Of a stretch of DNA of 64,000 bases, positions 37,921 to 48,019 are shown piece after piece (the stretch's first letter is position 1; every line of letters starts with the position of its first letter). The notes below the pieces were generated by a model. The model was given only the letters and a program-made list of their open reading frames with translations, did not search any database and was not told the DNA's origin. The stretch covers positions 1-64,000 of IMG/VR virus record IMGVR_UViG_2791355159_000004; one strand, given 5' to 3'. Position numbers and translations under genes: made by a program. Origin of the DNA: a virus. Lineage: Duplodnaviria; Caudoviricetes.

Positions 37921-38634
37921 TTAGCAGAATGTCTCCTCCGGCCACTGAGCCTTAACTACTTTCCCTATGATGCGGCAGCTGTGGTCACAGTCCAGAATTC
38001 TATAGGACGGATTGAGCGGCACAAGATAGCTTACACCGGCATCCTTCTCATACTTCTTAAAAGTTACCTCAGAGTCAGCGTTTGCTGATGCCACACAGAA
38101 ATCGCCAGTCTCGACCGGCTCTGCTGGGTCTATCAAAATCAGCATGCCTTCAGGGAAGCTTGGGCGAACGCCCTGCGGCGCGGTCATTGAGTGACCTTTG
38201 ACTTCAAGCCAGAATGCTTTATCGCTGGCCTTCTTGGTTGTCGGCACCCATGCTTTCGCATCTCTAGATGTAAAACTACCCACCTCAGAAAAATCACCAG
38301 CCTGGACATAAGTGAACAGGGGGTATTCATAATGATTCGGGCGAGAGCTTTCCTCGCCAATCGACTGATACATTTCAGCGATCTCAGCTGCGATTCTCGG
38401 ACTGAACTCACCAACATTAACTTTCAAAAACCTTGCTAATGCTGAGGCGTTGCTGGGATTTAGAGCGTTTACGCCATTCAACAATGATGCAACTGCTGAC
38501 TGACCAACGCCTAAGGCGTCCGCCACCGACTCTTGGGAAATGCCCAACTCAGATTTTTTGCGCTCATAGATTGATTTCAGCCTTTGCGCATCTTCGATTT
38601 GCTCAGTAGTGAGCGGTTTTTTCTTTGCATTCAT
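37921..38634 (-). CDS. cI: CI repressor, lambda-like (HTH + S24 peptidase)
   Basis: KKKPLT arm, SQESVAD..G.GQS, VQAG cleavage site, G.SM and FKK. Confidence 0.96.
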   Translation of the reverse strand: MNAKKKPLTTEQIEDAQRLKSIYERKKSELGISQESVADALGVGQSAVASLLNGVNALNPSNASALARFLKVNVGEFSPRIAAEIAEMYQSIGEESSRPNHYEYPLFTYVQAGDFSEVGSFTSRDAKAWVPTTKKASDKAFWLEVKGHSMTAPQGVRPSFPEGMLILIDPAEPVETGDFCVASANADSEVTFKKYEKDAGVSYLVPLNPSYRILDCDHSCRIIGKVVKAQWPEETFC

Positions 38635-38644
38635 ACGTGAAATT

Positions 38645-38710
38645 TATCACCGCATGGGATAAAAGACTAACACCGCCAGTGTTGACTATTTTACCTCTAG
38701 CGGTGATAAT
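38645..38710 (+). promoter_or_regulatory. OR3/OR2/OR1 with PR and PRM
   Basis: TATCACCGCATGGGATA (38645), TAACACCGCCAGTGTTG (38668), TACCTCTAGCGGTGATA (38692); PR is TTGACT-17-GATAAT. Confidence 0.92.
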
Positions 38711-38729
38711 TGAGCCTATCCATTAGGAG

Positions 38730-38957
38730 ATGATTATGAGCCAGAGAATAAAACTCAAAGATTATGTAGAGCAGTTCGGTCAGACAAAGGCAGCTACCGA
38801 TTTAGGCGTTTACCAAAGCGCGATTTTCAAAGCGATTTCTCTAAAGCGTGACATCACTGTGATTCTCCATGAAGACGGAACAATTTCAGCGGAAGAAGTA
38901 AAGCCGTTCCCTGCAAATCGTAAGTGTGATCACAAGTCTATATCGACAGCTTTTTAA
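38730..38957 (+). CDS. cro: Cro, lambda-like
   Basis: QRIKLKDY...[19 protein letters not shown]...AEEVKPFP. Confidence 0.93.
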   Translation: MIMSQRIKLKDYVEQFGQTKAATDLGVYQSAIFKAISLKRDITVILHEDGTISAEEVKPFPANRKCDHKSISTAF

Positions 38958-38985
38958 TTTTAACCACAGGAAAGAGGGCTCAACC

Positions 38986-39534
38986 GTGGATCAGCAGCAC
39001 TGGCAAATAGAAAAGCAACCGGCATGGCTGGTGGCAGCAATTAAGAAGACTATTTCAAGTCTTCCGGGCGGGTACGCAGAAGCAGCTGAATGGCTGGGTG
39101 TAACTGAAGATGCGTTGTTCAACCGCTTGCGCGCCAATGGCGATCAGATTTTCCCGATGGGCTGGGCGATGGTTCTGCAGCAGGCAAGCGGCACAAAGCA
39201 CATCGCCGACGCAGTGTCACGTCAGTCAAACAGCGTCAACGTCCCGCTGGTGGACATTGAGGATGTAGATAACGCAGATATCAATCAGCGCCTGATGGAG
39301 TCAGTTGAGTGGATTGGCAAGCATTCTGCCTACATTCGCAAAGCAACCGCTGATGGCGTGATTGATGAGGCTGAGAGGGAACAGATTGAGGAGAACAGCT
39401 ATCAGGTAATGGCTAAATGGCAGGAGCACCTTACGTTGCTTTATCGCGTTTTTTGCCCCCCAGAAAAGGCGAACGCCCCAGGTTGCAGCCCGGAGCGTTC
39501 AGTTGCGACCAAATCACTTGGTGTGGAGAAATAA
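38986..39534 (+). CDS. YmfL-like regulatory protein (CII position)
   Basis: LPGGYAEAAEWLG...LFNRLR...DQIFP; probable GTG start at 38986. Confidence 0.75.
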   Translation: MDQQHWQIEKQPAWLVAAIKKTISSLPGGYAEAAEWLGVTEDALFNRLRANGDQIFPMGWAMVLQQASGTKHIADAVSRQSNSVNVPLVDIEDVDNADINQRLMESVEWIGKHSAYIRKATADGVIDEAEREQIEENSYQVMAKWQEHLTLLYRVFCPPEKANAPGCSPERSVATKSLGVEK

Positions 39535-39720
39535 TCGCATGAGTAATTTAACCAGAAAACCGGTTGCACGGCAATTTTACTGCTTCCCGATAAAGGGGGG
39601 TAAAGGTCCCGCATCGTTCCGATATGAGGAAATAGTAAGCGGCCAGCGAATAGTCCGCAACCACAGCGAGACTGAAGAAGCTGTGGGGCAATTCAATTTG
39701 GCAGGCTGCAGGGTGGCAGT

Positions 39721-40608
39721 ATGAGCAACTTGATTTCACTTCTGGATCGGCCAATAGCTTATCAGGCGTGTTTTGTTCGCTTTGGTGGGGTTACTGGCGC
39801 CGTGCTGCTTTCTCAGCTGGTCTACTGGCATAACAGGATGGACGGCTCTTGGTTCTATAAAACTCAAAAAGAAATCAAAAGTGAGACTGGTCTGTCTCGT
39901 GAAGAGCAGGAAACCGCTCGCCGCCGTCTAATATCAGCCGGCGTGTTAGAAGAAGCTCGCCGGGGCGTGCCTGCAAAACTTTTCTTTAGGGTTAAAGCTG
40001 ATCGCTTAGAGGCGCTTCTACTAAAGAGTGAGGAGAGGCCGCAATCCAGTATGCGTGAATCCCGCAATCAAGAAAGTGGCAATCCCGCAAACAAGAATGC
40101 GGACATGCCGCAGGCAAGTTTGCGTGAAAGCCACTCGCCAGTGTGCGGGAAAGCCGCAATCATTCATACAGTAGATTACCAAGAGACTACTACAGAGATT
40201 ACAACAGAGACTTCTTGTCAGGTTGCTGCGCAACCCGACCGCGACGTTGAACTGACTGATCACGCTAAGAAGGTTCTGGCTCACCTCAATATGACCACCG
40301 GCGCCAAATTTCAGGTTTGCAAATCATCCCTGGAGAATATCCGTGCGCGGCTGGCAGAAGGTTATGAGCTCGGTGAGCTGTTGCTGGTGGTCGATTATAA
40401 AAACGCACACTGGCAGAACACTGAGCAGGCCCAGTACCTGCGCCCAGCAACTCTGTTCATACCCAAAAACTTCCCTGGCTATCTCCAGTCTGCGACCAAG
40501 TGGGATAAATCAGGGCGCCCACCATGCGTGAACGGCAAATGGCAGCGCGATGTGATGCAAATGCCCAGCGCTAATTACGCAATTCCCGATGGCTTCCGTA
40601 GCGAATAA
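39721..40608 (+). CDS. replication initiator (O-like) with conserved phage C-terminal domain
   Basis: LLSQLVYW wHTH, YLRPATLF, and internal iterons. Confidence 0.85.
   Translation: MSNLISLLDRPIAYQACFVRFGGVTGAVLLSQLVYWHNRMDGSWFYKTQKEIKSETGLSREEQETARRRLISAGVLEEARRGVPAKLFFRVKADRLEALLLKSEERPQSSMRESRNQESGNPANKNADMPQASLRESHSPVCGKAAIIHTVDYQETTTEITTETSCQVAAQPDRDVELTDHAKKVLAHLNMTTGAKFQVCKSSLENIRARLAEGYELGELLLVVDYKNAHWQNTEQAQYLRPATLFIPKNFPGYLQSATKWDKSGRPPCVNGKWQRDVMQMPSANYAIPDGFRSE
40039..40161 (+). repeat. replication origin iterons, 23-bp period
   Basis: CCGCA-like cores at 40039, 40062, 40085, 40108, 40131 and 40154. Confidence 0.75.
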
Positions 40609-40622
40609 CAGGAGACGCGACG

Positions 40623-41021
40623 ATGAATACCGAACAAATGATTCTGGCGTATCTGAAAAACTATGCGGGCCTGACTGCTGCTGAGCTGGCGAAAGGGATG
40701 AAGGCGAACGTGCGGACTGTACGCGAAGCAGCGAAAAGGCTGGTGGCGATGGGCGAGGTCTATCTCGACACGAAGTTTCGCTATTTCCTGATTGAGGAAG
40801 CTACCTCAATCGACGCCGAATACGCACGGCTTAGTAAGCTGGCCATGGCGCTGCAGGCGAGAAATTGCTGGAGCCGCGCGGCAACGGTCTGGCTGAACGC
40901 CATGGACGCCACGGCTAAACCTCGCTTTCGTGATCAGGCTGTAGCGCGCCGGCGGATGTGCATGCAGAAGGCTAAAGCCTTAAGGCCGAAGCCGAGCGCC
41001 GACGCATGGGGTGGCATCTGA
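40623..41021 (+). CDS. HTH + PerC-like protein
   Basis: N-terminal wHTH; LQARNCWSRAATVWL. Confidence 0.65.
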   Translation: MNTEQMILAYLKNYAGLTAAELAKGMKANVRTVREAAKRLVAMGEVYLDTKFRYFLIEEATSIDAEYARLSKLAMALQARNCWSRAATVWLNAMDATAKPRFRDQAVARRRMCMQKAKALRPKPSADAWGGI

Positions 41022-41139
41022 TGAAAGCCCGTGTACTGCGCCATTACGAGCGCAACGTGATTTTTTACCAAAGCATTCGCACTGCGGCCCTGATGATCGC
41101 CGCGCTGATCGTTACCCTGGCTTGGGAGCTGGCAACCAA

Positions 41140-42462
41140 ATGACAAACTTAGCAAGAATCTACGACAACAAAGCAAAGACCGAAACCAACATCACCACTC
41201 GCAAAACTTACCTGCTGGGCGTCGATGAACTGTACGTCGAAAGTGGTTACAACATCCGAGAGATTGACCAGACCCACGTTGAAGAATTCCGCGATGCCTT
41301 CATCGCTGGTGAACACGTGCCTCCGCTCGCTGTGCAGGTCACTGAGCAGGGCATCAAGATTATCGACGGTCATCACCGCTACCACGGCGCGAAGCTGGCG
41401 AAAGAGGCTGGTTACGATATCCGCCTGGAGTGCAAAGACTTCGTGGGCTCCGAATCAGATCGCATCGCTTTCATGGTCACGAGCAGCCAGGGGCGCGCAC
41501 TGGAACCGCTGGAGCGCGCCGCAGCCTATCAGCGCATGAGTAATCAGGGCATGGAACCGGCAGAAATAGCGAAGAAGGTTAAGCGCTCTATCGCTGACGT
41601 GGAACATCATCTGCAGCTGCTGACGTCTGGTGATGAGCTGATCGCCATGGTGAAAAACAAAGAGGTTGCCGCGACGACCGCCGTGGCGCTGGTGCGCGAG
41701 CATGGGGTAAAGGCTGGAACCGTAGCCAGAACTCAGTTGGATAAGGCGAAGGCAACCGGCAAGAAGAAGCTGACCAAAGCCGATGCGATGCCGCAGTTCA
41801 GCGCCGCGCGCGCCCGCCGCCTGATCGAATTGCTCTGTGATGCGCAGATCGGTGAGACGGACGAGGGACACGCAGCGCTGTTTATCGATCCGAAATGTGT
41901 TGAAGAAGTTATGGCCATCATCTCTGAATACCGCTCAGGTATTCCCGCCGGCGCCTCTCAGCCGATTGTTAACGCAGATAGCCAGTATGACGAAAACATG
42001 CCGCTTACCCGTGCTGGCATCCTTGAGCAAAGCGGCGTGGAAGTCTGGGCCTGTGCAGCCGCGATGTTTGGCGACAAAGACATCTACCCGTTTCAGGAAT
42101 CCCGTTACGCACACATCTGGGCGGCGGACTCTTTCGAAAATCCAACGGTAGTGGTAGTGCCGGCGGAGATTCTTGCAAAAGCACAGCGCCTGAAGCAGAA
42201 AAAGCTAGAGAACACGGAGCTGAAAGCGTGGGTGGCTGCTCAGTATCCCGATATGGGCGAAGCAGAGGTAATGGAGAAGTTCAACCGCTTCAGTTCAGTT
42301 GAGATTGAAACCCGCATTGATACGGCAATGACAATGGCAGAGTTTATCGCACTGGTGGAGCGGACGGACCGATCAAACTGGGAAAACTTCCGCATGCTGC
42401 GCGGCGCGGTCGCTGAGCTGGCAAATCAAATGACTATCCCAGACATGGGCGGTACAGCATGA
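41140..42462 (+). CDS. ParB/Srx-domain protein
   Basis: GYNIRE, VPPL.V and IIDGHHR, followed by an HTH. Confidence 0.8.
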   Translation: MTNLARIYDNKAKTETNITTRKTYLLGVDELYVESGYNIREIDQTHVEEFRDAFIAGEHVPPLAVQVTEQGIKIIDGHHRYHGAKLAKEAGYDIRLECKDFVGSESDRIAFMVTSSQGRALEPLERAAAYQRMSNQGMEPAEIAKKVKRSIADVEHHLQLLTSGDELIAMVKNKEVAATTAVALVREHGVKAGTVARTQLDKAKATGKKKLTKADAMPQFSAARARRLIELLCDAQIGETDEGHAALFIDPKCVEEVMAIISEYRSGIPAGASQPIVNADSQYDENMPLTRAGILEQSGVEVWACAAAMFGDKDIYPFQESRYAHIWAADSFENPTVVVVPAEILAKAQRLKQKKLENTELKAWVAAQYPDMGEAEVMEKFNRFSSVEIETRIDTAMTMAEFIALVERTDRSNWENFRMLRGAVAELANQMTIPDMGGTA

Positions 42463-42677
42463 AAACAACAGAAATCAGCCAAACGCCAAATATGGCGCTT
42501 GAGCCTTGCCCGTTCTGTGGGCGAGCAGACTTGCTTCACAGTGAAAAGCATCTCAGAAGCCGCTTTTTGCATGTTCACTGTTGGGCATGTGGCGCTAATG
42601 GCCCCGCTAAGCGGGCCATGACAGAGAAAGAAGCCTATGCCAACTGGAATCAGCGCAGCAATCAAGGGGGAGCATGA
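42459..42677 (+). CDS. Lar-family restriction alleviation protein
   Basis: LEPCPFCG...C..CGA.GP...A...WNQR. Confidence 0.75.
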   Translation: MKTTEISQTPNMALEPCPFCGRADLLHSEKHLRSRFLHVHCWACGANGPAKRAMTEKEAYANWNQRSNQGGA

Positions 42678-43024
42678 AGCTAACTCTGCCGTTCCCACCG
42701 AGCGTTAACGGTTACTGGCGGTCCACCAAGCAGGGTATGAAGATTAGCGCCTTCGGGCGCTCTTTTCGCATCAACACCTTCGCAGCTGTCGTGGAGCAGC
42801 TCAAGCGCGCGCCTCAGCCGATTACAGTGGACGTTGAGGTTAATGTGGTTCTATATCCACCTGACAAGCGGCGGCGAGACCTGGACAACTACCAGAAAGC
42901 GCTGTTTGACAGCCTTACCCATGCTGGCATATGGGGCGACGACAGTCAGATAAAAAGATTCACTGTAGAATGGGGCGAACTTACCAAGGGAGGCAGAGCA
43001 GAGCTGACAATTACAAAGTTTTGA
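42674..43024 (+). CDS. rusA: Holliday junction resolvase RusA
   Basis: LPFPPSVN.YWR and RRRDLDN..KAL.D.L....DDSQI. Confidence 0.93.
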   Translation: MKLTLPFPPSVNGYWRSTKQGMKISAFGRSFRINTFAAVVEQLKRAPQPITVDVEVNVVLYPPDKRRRDLDNYQKALFDSLTHAGIWGDDSQIKRFTVEWGELTKGGRAELTITKF

Positions 43025-43147
43025 TCAGTGCTTGAGAGCCGGGGGTCATCCTTGACAGTTTCTCCGGCCGGTACACGCTTTCGCGTGACCGATGAGGTCA
43101 TCTTTCATCGTCGTCTCCCGGCCGGAGCCGGACTACGTCCACTGGCG

Positions 43148-43519
43148 TTATTTCGTTTCTTCGTTCAGGCCTGCAAGGACTTGCAGGTATGGCATAGGTT
43201 GTTTAGCTCTGCCCGGTACGATAAACCCCTGAAGCCATTTTCTAGCCTCTGTTAGCTGGACTCGCCGTCCGTCGCTTTTAACATCTACAGCCATACGTCT
43301 TAGCTCGGCAATCAGAGTTAGAACGGATATCTCCTTCTTGGCCAGTGCAAGATGCAGTGCCGCTTCGCCAATAATGACGTGGCCTTTCTCGTCGTTTTGA
43401 AGTAACACGGTAAATCCTCCATAAGTACGATTAATGACAACCTCACCTCTGACTGTAGTCGTCTTCGGGCAAACAGATCGCATAATAATCCGAGTAATTA
43501 CTCCCTCATCGCGTGCCAA
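43148..43519 (-). CDS. small helical protein, Ymg/AriR-like
   Basis: IIGEAALHL.....ISVLTLIAEL pattern. Confidence 0.5.
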   Translation of the reverse strand: MARDEGVITRIIMRSVCPKTTTVRGEVVINRTYGGFTVLLQNDEKGHVIIGEAALHLALAKKEISVLTLIAELRRMAVDVKSDGRRVQLTEARKWLQGFIVPGRAKQPMPYLQVLAGLNEETK

Positions 43520-43769
43520 AAACGATTTGACCCTTCGAATGGCACTGGCTATTTATCTTTTTCACTTAGCTAAAATGCGACAATAGTCATTTTATTTCTA
43601 TCGCTACTGTACGAATATTAAACGTTACTTCATGAAAAATGGGGTTAATTTACCTCAGTTCGCTGTAAAGAAAAATGCGGGCCAGTCTCATTATTGCCGC
43701 ATATGGTCTGGGTAAGCATGGATGCCTCTGAAAGCTTAAAAAAATTTTAGATGGCCTTGAAGGGGCTAA

Positions 43770-44012
43770 ATGTTAAGCTGTATGCATATACATGACAGGG
43801 AGGAGTTTTTGGAACTGGAAAAAGATACTCCGTCAACAGAATTGCACGCTCTGCTGGGAAAGATCGTGGTGGGAATGTTAAGCCCGGACATCGGTCTCAG
43901 TTTGCACGAGCTGATTGAAGCCTTGCACCGAATGAGCGTAAATGCAGACAGCGAAAAAACCCGACTCCAGTGCAGTCAACTAATTGATAAGCTCATGAGA
44001 AAGATGCATTAA
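43770..44012 (+). CDS. small helical protein, Ymg/AriR-like
   Basis: LLGKIVVGML.....LSLHELIEAL pattern. Confidence 0.55.
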   Translation: MLSCMHIHDREEFLELEKDTPSTELHALLGKIVVGMLSPDIGLSLHELIEALHRMSVNADSEKTRLQCSQLIDKLMRKMH

Positions 44013-44052
44013 ATCAAGCCGGCAGACAAGCTTACCGGCTTGATTTTCCCGT

Positions 44053-44298
44053 CTATGATTCAGGGTGTAAAAGAAGTTCGAGGCAGTTGCGCAAAGTGTC
44101 CAGACGGACCACGTCATTCGTGCTCTCCATCTCGTTTATGAGACAGAAAAGGATGTTTTTTAGTGACACGTTTCCGGTGTTGATTAGTGACATTTTGACA
44201 GCGTTATCAAGCTCATGCTTCTCATCTTCAAAATTATCCCCAATGTCCTTTATGAGGGCCATCAGCACGAGGTCAGTTTTAAACAACATCTGTTGCAT
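44053..44298 (-). CDS. ariR: AriR/YmgB-family regulator
   Basis: EKHELDNAV...GNVSLKNILFCLINEMESTNDVVRLDTLRNCLELL; RBS before ATG 44298. Confidence 0.7.
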   Translation of the reverse strand: MQQMLFKTDLVLMALIKDIGDNFEDEKHELDNAVKMSLINTGNVSLKNILFCLINEMESTNDVVRLDTLRNCLELLLHPES

Positions 44299-44355
44299 AA
44301 TCAATATTTCTCCCGACCCGTGTCGTTTCTGATGTTTTTCGTACACGTCCGCAAC

Positions 44356-44634
44356 TTAGTGCCGCGTGCTGTCGTCCTGACTGTTTGCTGCAACGCTTAA
44401 AAAGCTGTCAGCAGTGATAGTTTGCTTCGAGCGCTTCAGGTCCATTTCTGCTTTGACTTCCTGAATGGCAAGCATCGCTAGTCGGGTCCTTTCTGCATCA
44501 TGCTTGCCATTAAGTATTGCCTGAAGCTTTGTCAGTACCGCATTCCACGATACCGCGGCTTGCTCATTGAGAATCGCCAGGACAACTTCACCAATGAGCG
44601 CGTCGCGCAGTACTTCGTCTTTACTGCTTTTCAT
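44356..44634 (-). CDS. YmgA-like protein
   Basis: LIGEVVLAIL.....VSWNAVL.KL; lies between the ycgZ-like and ariR-like genes. Confidence 0.55.
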   Translation of the reverse strand: MKSSKDEVLRDALIGEVVLAILNEQAAVSWNAVLTKLQAILNGKHDAERTRLAMLAIQEVKAEMDLKRSKQTITADSFLSVAANSQDDSTRH

Positions 44635-44710
44635 CTATAACCTCTGAACATGTATTGCCTGCCTGGCAGAAATTATCTCCCCTCCGGCTGCAAATCCTGT
44701 TCGGGAGATG

Positions 44711-44950
44711 TCAGTCGCGGAAGAGCAAACTAATGAGTTCCTGAAGGTGCTGCTCCTCTTCCTGAGAGGTTGCTGCATCAACGCGCGCAAGCAGGCGCAT
44801 ACAGATAGTTTTACGGTTAAGTGAACGGCCTGAGCGTAAAATTTCTACCGCGATAGCGCCGAGCGTTTCCTGCTGAGAAGGCATGGTAGCGCGGCTGAAG
44901 TAGGCGGCAATGTTCCCCTGGGAACCCGTGTTCTGTGGATTCTGGTGCAT
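44711..44950 (-). CDS. ycgZ: YcgZ-family regulator
   Basis: MHQN...IAAYF..A.MPSQQETLGAIAVEILR.GR.L.RK. Confidence 0.85.
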   Translation of the reverse strand: MHQNPQNTGSQGNIAAYFSRATMPSQQETLGAIAVEILRSGRSLNRKTICMRLLARVDAATSQEEEQHLQELISLLFRD

Positions 44951-45337
44951 GATTGTCTCCATTGTATATTTGGTGAGCACTGTCTCTGATGTGTAAGTTA
45001 TACAAAATTAAATAAGTTGTACAGATTTGCTTTGATGAAATTTTGTCATCGTCTGGTTTTAGTTGTTTTGTGTTGATTTGCTTATCAAATCCGCAATTTT
45101 CCAGATTCTCTTAGTACCGGAACAAGGTATGAGGACTTTAAAGCAAAGTATTAAACCGCCTTCTTATTTTTTCAGTAAGAAAACCATAAATTTCATCAAA
45201 GTCGTGAAAATACTAACGCAGCCGTTATGATGGTTAAGCCAGCCAGCGTTTGCAGACGCTGTCGGCAAAGGTTGGTCCTGTTCATTTGCAGATGAGGGGG
45301 CGGGACCGGATAAAACAAATGGTGTGGAGAGCAAAAT

Positions 45338-46219
45338 ATGCCGAATCAGGTACTGGGCGCAGCTGCGTCTGGCGTAAACCCTATAGTTATCTCTTCGAAC
45401 GCTTCAGTTAGCGTTCCCGTTCTCATGTACCGCGATCAGCGTGTAATCACGACAGAGCTATTGGCCAGAGGCTATGGCACTGACGAAGCCAACATCCGCA
45501 AAAACCTTTCACGCAACGCTGGTCGTTTTGAGGAAGGTATTCATATCTTCACCGTGGATGGCGACGAGCTACGCGATTTGCGAGTGACTAATAGTCACGC
45601 ACAAATTTCATCCAAAGCCAGAAGCCTGACGCTATGGACAGAGAAGGGAGCCGCGCGCATGTCCAAAATCGTCGATACGGATGAGGCATGGACATTCTTT
45701 GAAGGGCTGGAGGACAGTTATTTTCGTCTCAGAGAGGTCGGCGGGCTTCTGCTGCCGGACATGAATGATCCGATTAAGCTGGCGCGCGCATGGGCTGATG
45801 CTATGGAAGCGAAACAGCAGGCGGAAGTACTGACCCATCGTCAGGCGCAATATATCGATCACCTTGAAAACCTGTTTAGCGATGGGCTCTCTCCTGTCCA
45901 GTTCTGCAAACGTCTGAACGGCGTGAACGTCAGCAGGGTAAGCGCATACCTGCAGGAGTCCAACTGGCTCTATGACGACAACCCTAACGGCAACCATGCT
46001 CACTGGCGAGTACGCTCTCAAGCGCGCGATAAATACCTCACAGAGAAGAGTAGCCAGATTAACCCGTCATCGGCGGCCAGCTTCATAACTCATCAGCCTG
46101 TTCTGCTGCGCGAGGGCGCAGTGTGGCTTTATCGCCGCTACCTCAAAGGCCAGCTGCCAATGAAGCTGTCGTGGAATGGCGAATACACTCACGATAAAGA
46201 ACTGGCGGGAGGTAACTAA
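45338..46219 (+). CDS. antirepressor-like protein (ORF6N + KilA-C-like)
   Basis: RVITTELLA..Y...RFEEG.H.F...LWTEKGAARMSK..DTD.AW. Confidence 0.8.
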   Translation: MPNQVLGAAASGVNPIVISSNASVSVPVLMYRDQRVITTELLARGYGTDEANIRKNLSRNAGRFEEGIHIFTVDGDELRDLRVTNSHAQISSKARSLTLWTEKGAARMSKIVDTDEAWTFFEGLEDSYFRLREVGGLLLPDMNDPIKLARAWADAMEAKQQAEVLTHRQAQYIDHLENLFSDGLSPVQFCKRLNGVNVSRVSAYLQESNWLYDDNPNGNHAHWRVRSQARDKYLTEKSSQINPSSAASFITHQPVLLREGAVWLYRRYLKGQLPMKLSWNGEYTHDKELAGGN

Positions 46220-46221
46220 GC

Positions 46222-46482
46222 ATGGCGGCACAAAACAAAGTAACAACTTTTGGGTGCTCATCTACGCATCGCATAAAAAAAAGGGCGCACACGATCCTAA
46301 GTGCAGAGCAGTTCCTTGCGCTTGATGAGACTAAAAAATATATAGCGGACAACCCAGGCTCTTACAGTCAGACTAATGATGGCATTTTCATTTCTCCAGA
46401 GCTTACTCTGAGATATCTTCATTTAATTGGAGATAAAAGGGCCAAGAAAGCCCTCCGTAAATCTCTGGAAGGTAATGCATGA
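46222..46482 (+). CDS. hypothetical protein
   Basis: 86 aa, coupled to both neighbours. Confidence 0.6.
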   Translation: MAAQNKVTTFGCSSTHRIKKRAHTILSAEQFLALDETKKYIADNPGSYSQTNDGIFISPELTLRYLHLIGDKRAKKALRKSLEGNA

Positions 46483-47495
46483 GGGCGCTTCTCACACCGG
46501 AAGTGGCGCCGCGTACCGGGATCGTCCTATTCAAGCCTGGCTCAGAGCTGATGAGCCTCTTTCGCGGGCGCGTACTCATCAGCACGCCGCCTGGCGACAT
46601 GGCAGACCTTCCGTCCGGCAAAATTAACGAGGACAATCAGCCATTGCTGGATGAGCCTCTGCTGAATTCCTTCTTCCGCGATGAACGCGTGATTGCCGCC
46701 GCTGGTGGATTTCCTGATCTCACTGTCTGGGTTGGAAAGATAAACGCGTGCCAGTGTGATGATGGTGACGGCTTCCACTTCCACGAAATAACCACGCTGG
46801 AAACAGAACAGGGCGTGTTATCGCTCTGCTATCACCATGACAACAAGCTGCGCAATAACGGCGTGTCTGGCGAAATGGAGGAGGTTGCCGCCGCGAACGT
46901 CGCAGCATGGATCATTCACAGCGCCTGTCTCGACATGGGCCTACATGCTAACCACTCCCTGACGTTGCCTGAGCTTTGCTGGTGGGCATCCATCAAGGAC
47001 ATAATCGACCTGATCCCCGAAGCGCCGGCGCGCCGCGTTTTGAAGATGAAGGCAGAGCAGGTTGCTACCGGAACGCTGAAGGAGTCACTGATTGCGCCAG
47101 AACGGCCGGGGCGCGAAGTATTGCAAGAGGCCGGAGAGGTGGTGAAGAAGGTTTTCAGCCTTGTGGCAGACCCGGAGTCGCCGGAGTCGTTTATGCTTCG
47201 TCCAAAGCGTAAGCGCTGGGAAAGCGAGAAGTATACGCGCTGGGTAAAGTCGCAAAAGTGCGCATGCTGCGGAAAGCAGGCAGACGATCCGCACCACATC
47301 ATCGGACACGGACAGGGAGGAATGGGAACGAAGGCGCATGACTTATTTGTGATACCGCTTTGCAGGGCGCATCACGACGAGCTGCACCGGGACATGAGGG
47401 CGTTTGAAAGCAAATATGGCAGCCAGATTGAGCTGCTGTTCAGGTTCCTCGATCACGCTATTGCAGTTGGCGTTATCGGGTCAGATAAAAAATAA
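46479..47495 (+). CDS. DUF968 (YdfU-like) protein
   Basis: MRALLTPE...CACCG..ADDPHH..GHG..GM.TKAHD...PLCR.HH. Confidence 0.88.
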   Translation: MRALLTPEVAPRTGIVLFKPGSELMSLFRGRVLISTPPGDMADLPSGKINEDNQPLLDEPLLNSFFRDERVIAAAGGFPDLTVWVGKINACQCDDGDGFHFHEITTLETEQGVLSLCYHHDNKLRNNGVSGEMEEVAAANVAAWIIHSACLDMGLHANHSLTLPELCWWASIKDIIDLIPEAPARRVLKMKAEQVATGTLKESLIAPERPGREVLQEAGEVVKKVFSLVADPESPESFMLRPKRKRWESEKYTRWVKSQKCACCGKQADDPHHIIGHGQGGMGTKAHDLFVIPLCRAHHDELHRDMRAFESKYGSQIELLFRFLDHAIAVGVIGSDKK

Positions 47496-47517
47496 AAGGT
47501 GTGGAGAGGGATTTAAT

Positions 47518-47919
47518 ATGCGCGACATTCAACTGGTTTTAGAGCGTTGGGGCGGCTGGGCCGCAAATGAAGGTACTCAGGTTAGCTGGAATCCAACCAG
47601 CCCGATGTTTATTACACTGCTGCCTAAAAGCACCAGTAGCCGTCTTTCGTGCTGCGATAATGACGGCATGATTATTGATACTGCGGTCGGCATGCTCAAT
47701 AAGGTAGGTCGGCTGGATGAACTGGATTTAATCATGGCGCATTATCGCTATGACGTGTCTAAGTCCTCTATTGCTCGCTGGCTTAAATGTTCCGAAGGTA
47801 AAGTCAGGCAAAAGCTGATGATCGCAGAAACGTTTATTGACGCCTGCATACTGATGACCGATTGCTGCCTTGAAATGGATGAAGCCACGAAGAAAACTAT
47901 TTTCAAAGAAATCGCTTAA
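47518..47919 (+). CDS. Q: late antitermination protein Q
   Basis: MRDIQLVLERWGGWA...CCDNDG. Confidence 0.88.
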   Translation: MRDIQLVLERWGGWAANEGTQVSWNPTSPMFITLLPKSTSSRLSCCDNDGMIIDTAVGMLNKVGRLDELDLIMAHYRYDVSKSSIARWLKCSEGKVRQKLMIAETFIDACILMTDCCLEMDEATKKTIFKEIA

Positions 47920-47991
47920 TCTGCTTTTCGTTACGAATTTCTATATGTAATCTGTTAAGAGTGGTAACAACGCATAGCTTCTTAAATTAGA

Positions 47992-48019
47992 AACCTCGCC
48001 AAAGGGCGGGGTTTTTTTT
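47992..48019 (+). terminator. tR'-like terminator
   Basis: AACCTCGCC-AAAG-GGCGGGGTT followed by a T run, just after Q. Confidence 0.75.
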
